Shown: positions 1 through 10,316 of the stretch, piece after piece | How positions within the stretch are numbered: the first letter of the stretch is position 1 | Layout of the letters: the number at the start of each line of letters is the position of its first letter | Assembly (NCBI GenBank): GCA_000165345.1 | Contig: CM000436.1 | Location: forward strand, 704,001-768,000 | Length of the DNA: 64,000 bases | Reading direction: 5' to 3' | Translations under genes and position numbers: made by a program | Notes under the pieces: model-generated | Seen by the model: the letters and a program-made list of their open reading frames with translations, nothing else | What the model was told of the DNA's origin: nothing | Database searches by the model: none

Positions 1-287
1 ACAACAGTCGAATAAACAGAAGCTTCGGTCACTAAATCACAGTTATCCAACGAGTCCAACAAGCAGAACAAAATTTCCGCTGAATCCATACCTATAAATC
101 AAATTTGCCTTGACTCTCCGCTCGTCAAAATACTGCAAATTTAATCCAGAATATTGTATTTGGCTATTACTTTATATTTTAAATATTCATTAATATGTAT
201 TTCCAAATGTTCTACTCGAAATGAAAACTATAAATTCCTTTGTATTCGCCTCTTCATATTTGCCCCCCTTTAAATAATTGTATGACA

Positions 288-297
288 TTTGGGCGCC
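288..297. promoter_or_regulatory. E2F-like GC box (TTTGGGCGCC) about 500 bp upstream of the first gene
   Basis: GGCGCC-type motif in otherwise AT-rich spacer; matches the over-represented upstream motif class described for Cryptosporidium promoters. Confidence 0.3.
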
Positions 298-792
298 TGA
301 ATCTTCAAAATTTCTTTGAATACATGCAAGTAAAAATAGAATTCAAAACTAATGGGATACTATAGTAACACTATCATAAAATATAAAGGTTTAAATTTCA
401 TGAAAATTTTGAAGAAGTGTCATTTAATTTATGACGACAATCGTCTCATTAACCCAAATGATATTGTTGGATCTTTTTCTCAACTAGTTTAATAATAGAA
501 TATTCAAGGATTAGCTTAAAAAGCTGAAATTAATTTAAATATTTAAAGCTTAGACTTTATTAGATACAAATTTATTGTTTTTATGCTTAAAACTTGACAT
601 TATGTTAATGTAGTTTCTGTATTTGATTCTTTAAATCACTAGAAAAAAAAATAAAAATAAATTAATGTCAGATGTGATATGCCGCTTGCGGTATTTTAAA
701 TTGATTGTAGGATTTTATATAAGTAACTTTCGATATCCAAGTATAAGTGAAAAGGAGTGAAGTATTCACATACAAAACCAAATTATTGTATA

Positions 793-2079
793 ATGAGGCA
801 GTATTCTCCTATAGATATTGCACTAGATGATGACCTATTTTACTCTTTTAGGATATCTATGGGTATATTTGACTCGTTAATTTCCAAAGATGAAGAGGAA
901 AAGGTCAAACGTATATTTCAGAATAAGAAATCCTTAAAGGTTAATGATATTGACTTATACAGACAAGGTTTTTTGAAGAAAATTGATTTAGGTGAAAATG
1001 ATCTGACTTCTGAGGTGTTTACAGAAACCAATAATTTTCTGTCCTGTATTGGGAAACTTGACGATGAATTTATACATCTTCTATTTCAGTTTAGTGAAAT
1101 AATCATATTGGATAATTCTAGTTCAAAACTAGTGTTGGCTGTGAATGAATCAATTTCATATAATTCAGGTATAGATGAAAGTTGCGAATGCAAAGTTTTA
1201 CCCATAAACTCTTCAATATTTGGTTTTGTAGATTATATTGATACGAGAAATGATACCATAAAAAGTTTTATATCCAAATTTAATAAGAAAATGTTTGACT
1301 CATCCCCATTCTTAGATAATAAACATAAACACAATAAAAATGAATTTATTACATATATTAAACTCCTCCTCAGAGTTTCATTTATAAAATCGATTTGTCT
1401 TTTAAAAATGTACGGGAAAAAACTTCCGATTTATTTGTTTGATGGAAGTCAGCTATTAATTAAAATTGAACCGATATTTAATTCTTTGAATGAGAACTGT
1501 ATGATTTCGTACAAAGTGATTGATGGGCAAATAGATTCATCAATAGTGAAGGTAGATTTAGATTACTACCAATTCAAATGGTTTCATTCATGGAAAAAAA
1601 TGCTTAGGAACTCAAGTGGCTATTTATTCCCTCACAAAAATAGCATGTCTCAATTTCTACCGAATAAAAAACTGTGTTTGCAAAACACCAACAACTTTGA
1701 ACACACTTTAACCCCATTAAGAAAATCCTTATCTAATTTGAATTATGAGGATTCAAATTTTAGTCCTAATAATGAAAAACCAAGTAAAAAAACGTCCAAA
1801 TCTAATCAAGTTCACACGCAAAACAAAGATATTGATACTGAAGAAGAAAATGATAGTTCCTTGAAAACAAATGATGAAAGCAATCCTAATTCTCCATCTT
1901 TGTCCAAGACGACTAATGACGTTATAAACGAATTGCTAAATAAGCCCAACCCTAATATACAATCTTCTAAACAAAAAAAAAAGAGATCTAAACAAAGTGA
2001 ATCTTCAGATATTGAAAATTCCCAAGACTACGTGGATAAATTGATTCAACAACAAACAATGCAGCTCTTTAACCTTTAA
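793..2079 (+). CDS. hypothetical protein, Lys/Ser/Asn-rich C-terminal half (no recognisable domain)
   Basis: ORF track 757..2079 (TTG start); first ATG at 793 (MRQYSPIDIAL...); long low-complexity basic tail. Confidence 0.55.
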   Translation: MRQYSPIDIALDDDLFYSFRISMGIFDSLISKDEEEKVKRIFQNKKSLKVNDIDLYRQGFLKKIDLGENDLTSEVFTETNNFLSCIGKLDDEFIHLLFQFSEIIILDNSSSKLVLAVNESISYNSGIDESCECKVLPINSSIFGFVDYIDTRNDTIKSFISKFNKKMFDSSPFLDNKHKHNKNEFITYIKLLLRVSFIKSICLLKMYGKKLPIYLFDGSQLLIKIEPIFNSLNENCMISYKVIDGQIDSSIVKVDLDYYQFKWFHSWKKMLRNSSGYLFPHKNSMSQFLPNKKLCLQNTNNFEHTLTPLRKSLSNLNYEDSNFSPNNEKPSKKTSKSNQVHTQNKDIDTEEENDSSLKTNDESNPNSPSLSKTTNDVINELLNKPNPNIQSSKQKKKRSKQSESSDIENSQDYVDKLIQQQTMQLFNL

Positions 2080-2323
2080 AATATTTAAAAACTACCAAAA
2101 TACAATCTTAACACTTTTTTGTCAGTTATGTTTAACCAAAATTCCATCTTGATTACTTTAAACTGCATTGTCTTATTGCATGTATTATTAATTAATTTGA
2201 TGCCCCCCATTATGTAAATATTATAACTTATCTCGAACAAAAGTTCAAAGAAGTAGAAATAAATATAATAGATAAACATGATTAATTTACTAGTATTTTC
2301 AAGGTATCTTGTTAAATGTAAAA

Positions 2324-4420
2324 ATGGGTTTTAATATTTTTTTTCTTGGGATTTGTATCTCAATATTAATATTCTCCATAAGCGGCGTAAAATGTAGATT
2401 ATACTATGAAGATAATTTACTTGTTACTGATGAAGAATACGATGTAATTATTATTGGAGCAGGAGTTTCAGGCTGTTCAATGGCTAATGTTTATGCTAAT
2501 AATGGGAAAAAGGTTCTCCTTTTAGAAAGAGGTGGGCCAAGAGAGAAACATCCAAAAACCTTATTGACAAAGGGAGCTCCAGGAGTAATCACAGATGAAT
2601 CTATAAGTGAAGCTATTACGACATCAAACGGAACTCTGATGAATGTTGCAAACATTGTTGGAGGTGGGGCCAGTATTAATGGAGGATTTTATGTTGAACC
2701 ATCTACAGAATTTATGCGCAAAACTATTGAAAGCAGCGGTGCTACGTTTGATCAAGAGAAATACCTAAATGCAAAGGAAATTATTCGTAACTCAGGTATT
2801 TTAAACACCGACAACCGTCTCGAAGATAACACTTTTCCAAAAGCAATGTTTGAGGCTATGAAAAATATTAAAGAGTACTCTGGAAATGTTAGCGAAGTTC
2901 CTATTTATTATCCTGAAGGAAGTAATACATTTGTTACTGTTTCCCAGTTTAACGAAACAAATAGGTCATCAGCAGATATTCTTCTTTCTCATGAAAATAT
3001 AAAAATTTACCCCTATGCAGTTGTAGAATCCATACAGTTTAACACGACGGATGAAAACCGTGATCCGTATAGCTTAAAAAAGAAAGTAACTGCTCAATGC
3101 ATTTTGGGAAGAATGAGGTCCGAAAGTGATGGTTTTGTAAGTGTAAGTTCTGGAATGACACATAGAACTATTTATAACAATAATGGCCCTAAGTTCAAAA
3201 TTTGTCTCAATAAACCTGATTCATTTATCGTTCTTGCTTCAGGTGCTATTTACAGTCCTGCGATACTTATGAAAAGTGGTATTGGCCCAACTGAAGTTCT
3301 TAGAAAGCATGGCATTCCTCCAATTAAAATTCTAGAACAAGTTGGTAAAAATTATCATGATCATTTACAATTCGGTTTGTTTGGAATTTTGAAAGAAAAG
3401 CAGCCTATGTCTATTCAAAAAGTATATAGTTATAGCAATTGTTCAAAATATTATCCAGATCCTCCTAATATTTATGATGAACTCAGTCTATTCCACCATA
3501 AGGAGTCTGAACAAAAAAATGGTAGTTCAACTCTTTCTAAAAATTCGTTTGATTTACTACTAGAACCAATTTTAAGTAACCCCGAATCGCCATTGTTTGT
3601 TCCACCGGAACCAACTGGGCCACAATACGAAGATGGAAATTGCTACTCTACAATACTGAACGAAGTTTCTGGAGAATTGTGGATTCCTTTTGCAATATCT
3701 CAAATAATTTATAGAAAGTCTAAAGTTTTAATGAATCCTCTCTTGAATTATCTTTCTCTTTCACTTAGGACCAAAATTCTTAATGCTTTGGAAAGCAATA
3801 ATACAAGAATTTCTGATGATGGTTTTAATAAAATGTTACAGCCTATGAATGATTGTTTTGAAAATGGATCAGCCGCATTATCCTTCCTTACAATACCAAA
3901 GAGTAGAGGATCAATCACTCTAGACGAGATGGGACTCCCAGAAATTAATAGTTCAGACTTTTCAGATCCCATGGATGTTGAGGCAGCAATTGTTGGAATG
4001 AAACACTTAATTCAAGTAATGACTTCACAAAGTGTCTCCTCAATTCTTGAGAGTGAATTGAACTCATGTATCGCATCTATTAGAAATATTTGGGATTCTT
4101 TCCCATTGTTTGGAGGAATCAACGAGAATAATGTTATTGGATTTTCTTCAAGAGAACAAAATGTACCAGCTCTTATTCCCCCTCTACCGAAGATTATAAA
4201 TGATAAAACAGCATTTGATATGGTTAAGGAGTCTTACTCAACAATTTGGCACCCAACCGGTACCTGTTCATTAGGTTCTGTTGTTGATAGTGATTTTAAC
4301 GTGAGAGGGACTACAAATTTGAAAATAGGTGATGCATCTATTTTCCCCGAAGTTTCAGATGTAAGCCCACTTGGATCAGTATTTCTTTTGGCAACGTATA
4401 TTGCTTTAGTAACATCTTAA
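2324..4420 (+). CDS. secreted GMC (glucose-methanol-choline) family FAD oxidoreductase
   Basis: ORF 2309..4420 begins at TTG; ATG at 2324 gives a hydrophobic signal-peptide-like N-terminus MGFNIFFLGICISILIFSISGVKC. N-terminal FAD fold YDVIIIGAGVSGCSMA...LLLERGG. C-terminal GMC signature region WHPTGTCSLGSVVD...GDASIFP. Many NxS/T sequons. Confidence 0.85.
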   Translation: MGFNIFFLGICISILIFSISGVKCRLYYEDNLLVTDEEYDVIIIGAGVSGCSMANVYANNGKKVLLLERGGPREKHPKTLLTKGAPGVITDESISEAITTSNGTLMNVANIVGGGASINGGFYVEPSTEFMRKTIESSGATFDQEKYLNAKEIIRNSGILNTDNRLEDNTFPKAMFEAMKNIKEYSGNVSEVPIYYPEGSNTFVTVSQFNETNRSSADILLSHENIKIYPYAVVESIQFNTTDENRDPYSLKKKVTAQCILGRMRSESDGFVSVSSGMTHRTIYNNNGPKFKICLNKPDSFIVLASGAIYSPAILMKSGIGPTEVLRKHGIPPIKILEQVGKNYHDHLQFGLFGILKEKQPMSIQKVYSYSNCSKYYPDPPNIYDELSLFHHKESEQKNGSSTLSKNSFDLLLEPILSNPESPLFVPPEPTGPQYEDGNCYSTILNEVSGELWIPFAISQIIYRKSKVLMNPLLNYLSLSLRTKILNALESNNTRISDDGFNKMLQPMNDCFENGSAALSFLTIPKSRGSITLDEMGLPEINSSDFSDPMDVEAAIVGMKHLIQVMTSQSVSSILESELNSCIASIRNIWDSFPLFGGINENNVIGFSSREQNVPALIPPLPKIINDKTAFDMVKESYSTIWHPTGTCSLGSVVDSDFNVRGTTNLKIGDASIFPEVSDVSPLGSVFLLATYIALVTS

Positions 4421-4665
4421 CAAAAAGTTATTCTTGATATATTAGTTAATGCATTGTAATGAAACAAACATATCTTTTATTTAACAAAAATAATTATTGA
4501 TTTCTTCTTTAAGTTTAATTATTTGATTAATAATATTAGATATTTGCTGATGCAAAATTTTGATATTTTTTTGATATTTTAGATCCTTCCCTCGTGCATT
4601 ACTCGAAAAACGCAATTTCAATAACAAAAATATTCCAACAAAACAAAAATTTACTTATTAGAAAA

Positions 4666-5562
4666 ATGAAAAATTTGAAATATAAATTTCTTTTATTTAT
4701 TGCAATTAGTCTTTTGTTTATTTCTAAAGTTAAGAGCAGCCGTATAATCTATTTAGATGAAAATGCAACAAGACTAGAAAGTAATGCAACTGAACCTATA
4801 TCTAACAATAAATTTCCATATCTTCCTAATATTAGTAATGATACTTTTAATAATATGCAAGAGAATATTATTAAAGCAGTTGTCGGATTCGATAGCTTTA
4901 TCTTCGATATTGCTAAAAATATTACAAGCGGAATGAGAATAGCACAATTTTTCATTTTAAACAAGACGAAGACTTTTATTCTTCCATTTGTTATGTTTCC
5001 AGACGAAAAAAGTTTTGAAAATTTTAAAAATTCTACTTCGAATGAGACAGAAGTTGACAATCTCAAGTTAGAGAAACTTTTTCCAATAAATATTAATTTA
5101 CTAAGTCCTAACAAAAGTAATTTCACAAATTCCACTCTTGAAGAAACTTTAATTAAACCTGAAATGCTCATTCCATATCTGAGAGGTAGTCACAAAACGA
5201 TAAGATACAATGACACAACAAATGAAAATTTAAAGAATTTTACAACTGTAAATTCAACGGATGATTCAGAAAAAATAATCAATTCAACATTGATCCGGCT
5301 GAATAAGTACTTATTAACACCAAATAATGGTTCATTGAACATAAATAATCAAACAAGTAGACTTAGATTTCTTCAGTTTACTTCAGCTTATGGATTAGAA
5401 GATATTAGTGATCAGCAATTTGGACAAGATTTAAATTATTTAGATGGAATCCCAAATGTAGGAGGTATTTCTTCATTTGCTCAAGATTATGATCAGTGGA
5501 TACCTTCTAATAATTTCGATTTTTATAATGGTTACGGATTTGACTTTTTGTTCATGGAATGA
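4666..5562 (+). CDS. secreted, heavily N-glycosylation-sequon-rich protein (function unknown)
   Basis: ORF 4594..5562 (GTG start); ATG at 4666 gives signal-peptide-like MKNLKYKFLLFIAISLLFISKVKSS; more than 15 NxS/T sequons; no known domain. Confidence 0.6.
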   Translation: MKNLKYKFLLFIAISLLFISKVKSSRIIYLDENATRLESNATEPISNNKFPYLPNISNDTFNNMQENIIKAVVGFDSFIFDIAKNITSGMRIAQFFILNKTKTFILPFVMFPDEKSFENFKNSTSNETEVDNLKLEKLFPININLLSPNKSNFTNSTLEETLIKPEMLIPYLRGSHKTIRYNDTTNENLKNFTTVNSTDDSEKIINSTLIRLNKYLLTPNNGSLNINNQTSRLRFLQFTSAYGLEDISDQQFGQDLNYLDGIPNVGGISSFAQDYDQWIPSNNFDFYNGYGFDFLFME

Positions 5563-5570
5563 AAATAACG

Positions 5571-6107
5571 TCATCTTCTAAGTGAGATATCACTAACTAT
5601 AGAATCATAGGTGTTTTTATAAGTTTTGAATTCTTCTCCTAAGCTTTCAGCTACTAATTCTGTAAATTCGGCAAATAATTTATCTTTATCTTTGGAATCC
5701 TCATCCATAATAAGTGCCAAAGCTTCCGTTTTATTTTCAGAATGTTCAATAAACTTTATCATTTCCACTAATCTCGGGTTATTTCTTAAAAGAGATGAAA
5801 GTCTTTCGTTAGAATTCAATGCTTCTTTTTCCTTTTCAGTCAAATCGAATTGCTCTGTTTCCTCAATAGCGCTTTCTAATTTCATTTCATTGCATATTTC
5901 TTCAAAATTTTGATCTGATTGAAGTGAGTCACTTATTTGATTACTTTTAAGGCTACATTCTTCTCTTGAGTGAATCTGAAAACATTCCAACGAACAAAAT
6001 TTCCTTAAACAACACTTAAATTTATATTTTCCTATGTTAACTCCACAAATCACACAAATTTTATCATTGATAAGAGATCCTGTCTCAGATCCTTCCATTT
6101 TACTCAT
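5571..6107 (-). CDS. zinc-finger HIT-domain (ZNHIT-type) protein
   Basis: CVICGVNIGKYKFKCCLRKFCSLECFQIHS matches the zf-HIT Cys/His pattern near the N-terminus; acidic C-terminal half. Confidence 0.7.
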   Translation of the reverse strand: MSKMEGSETGSLINDKICVICGVNIGKYKFKCCLRKFCSLECFQIHSREECSLKSNQISDSLQSDQNFEEICNEMKLESAIEETEQFDLTEKEKEALNSNERLSSLLRNNPRLVEMIKFIEHSENKTEALALIMDEDSKDKDKLFAEFTELVAESLGEEFKTYKNTYDSIVSDISLRR

Positions 6108-6396
6108 TTTTATTGATGTTTATTACCATTTTTTTAATTATAACTAAAATGAAAAGTATCTTACCATCTTTATTACAAATTTTTAGTTCGGCGGTTTGGA
6201 AATCAAAATATAATTTTGATTTATTGATCCTAAATGTGTTTTATTCTTAACGAAAGATGTTAGTAATAAGGAATTATCCGAACCAAAAGGAAATAAATAT
6301 AAAAGCAGTGATTTACTATCTTATCAAAAATTAAAATAATAAAATATTACAAGCCTTTTTAATATTCAGGGTATTTTTACTTGATTAGCATGTAAT

Positions 6397-6407
6397 TTGC
6401 ATGCAAA
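6397..6407. promoter_or_regulatory. TGCATGCA-type (AP2-like) box upstream of the monooxygenase gene
   Basis: TTGCATGCAAA about 220 bp upstream of the ATG at 6625. Confidence 0.3.
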
Positions 6408-6624
6408 CTAATTAGATTTTAATGAAATTAAATTATGATTTTAGAAATAAAACAAGCAAAAAAATAAATTAAAACTTTAAGATTTTAACTTATTCGTATT
6501 TTATTTGAAAAATAAAAATGTTTTGAAGGCGCTGTAATATAATTCAGTTAAAATTAAAACTAAATGAATTTGTAAATAGGTTAATCAAAGAGATAAGATA
6601 TGATTTTGGAGATTGCTCATAAAT

Positions 6625-8046
6625 ATGGGTGTTATAAAAAGAACTCAGGTATTGATTGTTGGGATGGGCCCCGTAGGTATGACATTAAGCAATTTGCTTA
6701 ATTTATATAAAGTCGACAATATTATTGTTGACAAATTGACACAATTTTCGCCTATTCCAAAAGCCCACTACATTTCAAATCGCTCAATGGAGATATTTAG
6801 ATTCTGTAACAACTTAGATCAAGAAATATATAGGCTTCAACAACCTTTAGAATTTTGGAGAAGAATAACTTATCTAACTTATTTTAATAACTGCAAATTT
6901 GGTATTTTAGGAACTAAAGATGAATTCAGTAATTATAAGACAATTAATGGTTACTACTTAGATTTGGATAGCCAATCAGGAGTGGCAAATTATGATCAAA
7001 GCAAACTAAATAATTTATTGTACAAAAATTTGAAACAGTGTAAATATTCGCAGATAATGCTTGGAACATCTTGGAAAGGATATGAATTTGTTTCTAAAAG
7101 TGGAAAAGAAAAGGTAATTTCAAAGTTAGAGAAATCAAATTCAAATTTGGAATTTACTATAGAGAGCGATTTTTTAGTGGGAGCGGATGGAGCAAAGAGC
7201 CAGGTAAGGAAAGCTTTAAATAAAAATTTTAAAGGGCATGAATCTCTTCAAAAACTTCTAAATATTAATTTTATCTCAAAAGATTTGGCAAAAGTTTGTC
7301 TGGAACTCAAGCAAGAAATTATTGATGAGTGTAATAATATTAAATTAGTTCCCACCACAAGTATGTTATACTTTATTCTAAATCCAAGTTTAATAGGCGT
7401 AATGGTACTTCACGATATTAGTCAAGGCAACTTCGTGATCCATATTCCTTTAGTTGGTTCAAGCTCCGAGAAATTTGATTTAGATTTTTTTAAGCATATT
7501 TTCCCAAGTTTAATTAGCCAAGTATGCAAGAAAAACATTAATTTAGAGGTAAAATCTATTGAAACATGGAATATGTCAGCTCAAGTACTTGATTCGTTTG
7601 TTGATGAAAAAACAAATCGAATAGTTTTAATAGGAGATTCTGCTCATAGACTTCCCCCATCTGGAGGATTTGGGATGAATTTAGGAATTCAAGATTCCCT
7701 TAACTTAGCATGGAGATTAGCATTTGTATTAAAAAACAAATACGAAGAAGATATTAAAAAACAATTGAATGAGTTTAACATGGAGAGAATCCAACATGCG
7801 CAATATGCCTGTAATAACTCTATTCGGAATTTTTATAGGTCCCTATTTATTCCTAAAGCTATCGGATTGGACTGGAAAATAATATCTAGTATGCAGAAGT
7901 TAATATCTAATGCCGATAAATATATTCCTAATAAAATTTTAGAAGAGAAACCAGTCATGGATTACATTTATAAGTTAGGAATGTTTAGATTTTCAAAAAT
8001 ACTAAGGAATGAAAATAAAATGGAAAAGATAAAGATGCTTATTCAG
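6625..8046 (+). CDS. FAD-dependent aromatic-ring monooxygenase (PHBH/phenol-hydroxylase family), exon 1 of 3
   Basis: GxGxxG Rossmann VLIVGMGPVGMTLSNLL; VGADGAKSQVRKAL (DG motif); LIGDSAHRLPPSGGFGMNLGIQDSLNLAWRLA (GD motif). Reading frame ends at donor CAG|GTTAGT (8047) in phase 0. Confidence 0.8.
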
Positions 8047-8091
8047 GTTAGTTTAGTACTCCAGCTATATTAATATAAAACACTTTTTTAG

Positions 8092-8372
8092 GGATATATT
8101 AATTCAAGGGAAAATTCTTTATCTATCAACTTCAAAGGTCTTGATCTTGCATATGCATATAACTTTAATGCAGGAAATACAAAAGCATCTTTTGTGGCTC
8201 CAAAATCGCCGTTTAATTATTCCCCAAATACTTTACTAGGAATGAGAATCCCTCATGAATATGTTTATTTTCAAAGCCTAGATAAAATATTCAGAATCTC
8301 AACAGTAGACATTCCAATTGTATTTTCAGAAAGAGAGCCAAAGAATGTAATACTGATGTTTAGTGAAAAAAG
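8092..8372 (+). CDS. FAD monooxygenase exon 2 (after a 45-nt intron 8047..8091)
   Basis: Acceptor TTTTTTAG|GGA in phase 0. Exon encodes ...APKSPFNYSPNTLLGMRIPHEYVYF... (GxRxPH motif typical of this family) and merges with track ORF 8194..8376. Ends at donor AG|GTAAGC. Confidence 0.55.
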
Positions 8373-8420
8373 GTAAGCAAAAAAAAGTATTACACAAAAA
8401 TTATTTGACTAAAAAATTAG

Positions 8421-8712
8421 TCTCGATAAAGTTAGAAAAACTTTTCCGAATCACGTTGTTGTATTTTGGACGTTAAAAAATGAAATCAATCAAAGTCAAT
8501 CAAAAATTTACACAAATCTAGAAATTTTGCCAACTGGAAAAATTAATAAAATTTGGACCTCAAAGCAGGTTAGAGAAAAATATTTGGAGAAATTGAATAA
8601 TATAAACAAAAATTCTATAATAAAAAATTATCGAGAACTAAATTTAAAAGATTTAGATAATTTATTTTTTGAAATTAGACCAGATGGTCATATAAAAAAT
8701 ATAGGATGCTAA
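8421..8712 (+). CDS. FAD monooxygenase exon 3 (after a 48-nt intron 8373..8420)
   Basis: Acceptor AAAAAATTAG|T completes codon AG+T in phase. Frame merges with track ORF 8527..8712 and ends ...FFEIRPDGHIKNIGC*, restoring the family-typical C-terminal RPDG motif. Confidence 0.55.
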
Positions 8713-10316
8713 GCTTCAACATTCTTAGGAGGCATTTTTTTTAGCAAACTTAATATTTCATTACCAAGTGTGAGTGATTTTTGAAGCGCAATATTAAGAT
8801 CTCCTTTACTATTAGTTTCCATCCAACCAGTTTTAAAAATAGGACAGGGAAAACAATTATTTTCAAATGAATAATCTTTATTTCCATTAAAAATATAATC
8901 ATATTTTGGTTTGAATCCCAATGATGTGATCAATAATTGGCAAGGTAAATAATATTTCTCCTTCTCATTTAACTTTGTTTTATCAGTAATTGGTTTAGAA
9001 TCACGAATATTTCTCGCTAATTCTATTCCTTTGATAAACGGGATTGATTTTTTTTTCACATTATTCTCTGGAATATTGACTTCTTCAGTTTTAATATTTA
9101 CAGTAGAGAAGAGGTTTTTAAAATGTATGTTTATTGTTTTATCATTATGGAATATGTTATCATTATTGGCTATGTATTCTTGGTGATTATTAACCATTTC
9201 CTGAAATATAGACTTCATTTTCAAAAATCTTCTTTTTATTTCTGGTCCGCTTCTTTCTAATTCGAATAAGCTAGTTCGGTCCTGTGAAAGCTCAAAATCT
9301 TCTTGAGACATCATTACTCTGATATTCATTCCATTAGTAGAATTGTATTTTGATTTCCTAGACTTATCAATAAATTCCTTTAATAATGGATATTTAAAGG
9401 AATTTTGAATCCAACCTCTCCGTCCAATAATAAATATGTTTTTGAACAAAGGTCGATAGATATCGGAGTTTGAATATTTAGATGATGTGTCAATTAAATT
9501 TAAATAATCAGGATTCAAATATTTGTTTTTTGAAAGTTGTTCATGGGTATAGAAAGATAAAAGTCTAGTAATATCCAATGAAACATTGCCATTTCCAATG
9601 ATAACCGCATTCCTCTCACTGGAGTTTAATATATAATTTCTAAGTATATCAGAACCATATCCATATTTAAAGTCTTCATTTTCGTTTTTAAATGGGACGC
9701 TAATTTCAGTAGAAGATAAAGGACTCTTATATTCAAAAAATTGATTGTTTTTTTTTTTAAGGTAATTCAACTCTATATCCATATCAATTCTCTCATTATC
9801 AATAAGTTTATTATTGATCGAATTAGAGTGTTCATTTTTTGTTGGATATAGCATTTTTTTAAACATTGGGTGGCTATTATAATAAAACACCCAATCTCTA
9901 GAAGAAAATACTCCTCCTATAATTTTATTCTGTAATTCATTATTCATATATTTCACTGGAAGAGTATGGAAACTTTGTAATCCACCAACTGCTAAAACCA
10001 CTACATCGTATTTCCTCTTTAATTCTTCTAATTTAACATCATATCCCAAAGTCACATTTCCATAGAATTTAATATCATCAGAATATTTTTTAAAAAGAGA
10101 GTTATCAATACTAGAAATCGATTTTTTTAGATCATGTCTATCTGGTGCAATTCCATATCTGAGTAGCCCAAATGGTTTATCTAAGGAATCTAATAAATCT
10201 ATTTTGATTGCAATGTTTTCCTTTTTTGATCTTGCCAGCAAATATTTGGCCAAGTAACAACCTGATGGGCCTGCACCAACAATACATAACTTATATATTG
10301 GCTTGTAAGGTCTCAT
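8709..10316 (-). CDS. adrenodoxin reductase-like ferredoxin-NADP(+) reductase (Arh1/FDXR family)
   Basis: ORF 8709..10406 (TTG); ATG at 10316 gives MRPYKPIYKLCIVGAGPSGCYLAKYLL then GLLRYGIAPDRHDLK, matching FDXR N-terminal signatures. Second NAD(P) fold AVIIGNGNVSLD. 3' end overlaps the monooxygenase stop by 4 nt. Confidence 0.75.
   Translation of the reverse strand: MRPYKPIYKLCIVGAGPSGCYLAKYLLARSKKENIAIKIDLLDSLDKPFGLLRYGIAPDRHDLKKSISSIDNSLFKKYSDDIKFYGNVTLGYDVKLEELKRKYDVVVLAVGGLQSFHTLPVKYMNNELQNKIIGGVFSSRDWVFYYNSHPMFKKMLYPTKNEHSNSINNKLIDNERIDMDIELNYLKKKNNQFFEYKSPLSSTEISVPFKNENEDFKYGYGSDILRNYILNSSERNAVIIGNGNVSLDITRLLSFYTHEQLSKNKYLNPDYLNLIDTSSKYSNSDIYRPLFKNIFIIGRRGWIQNSFKYPLLKEFIDKSRKSKYNSTNGMNIRVMMSQEDFELSQDRTSLFELERSGPEIKRRFLKMKSIFQEMVNNHQEYIANNDNIFHNDKTINIHFKNLFSTVNIKTEEVNIPENNVKKKSIPFIKGIELARNIRDSKPITDKTKLNEKEKYYLPCQLLITSLGFKPKYDYIFNGNKDYSFENNCFPCPIFKTGWMETNSKGDLNIALQKSLTLGNEILSLLKKMPPKNVEA

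Noticed and set aside
1-95. Open frame QQSNKQKLRSLNHSYPTSPTSRTKFPLNPYL* running in from the left window edge
   Set aside because: Only about 30 codons are visible, with no motif; it could be the C-terminus of an upstream gene but cannot be supported from this window.
5626-5913. 95-aa Ser-rich ORF on + strand
   Set aside because: It is fully nested antisense to the ZNHIT gene (5571..6107), which has a clear motif, and its low-complexity sequence is typical of shadow ORFs in AT-rich DNA. The same reasoning applies to the other 60-180-aa track ORFs lying inside larger genes (3748..3972, 4749..5171, 10665..10871, 12150..12713, 13396..13581, 14668..14850, 16005..16325, 17524..17790, 22784..23317, 25503..25895, 29100..29285, 32384..43723 internal ones, 45378..46180, 46685..47507, 48861..49070, 51539..51760, 54137..54493, 57961..58540, 59305..59568, 59627..60222, 61871..62088, 62736..63361).
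6108-6612. Long AT-rich spacer with A/T homopolymers, considered as a possible centromere-like or repeat element
   Set aside because: It is only 500 bp, has no tandem or inverted repeat structure, and contains the TGCATGCA promoter box; it is interpreted as an ordinary divergent promoter region.
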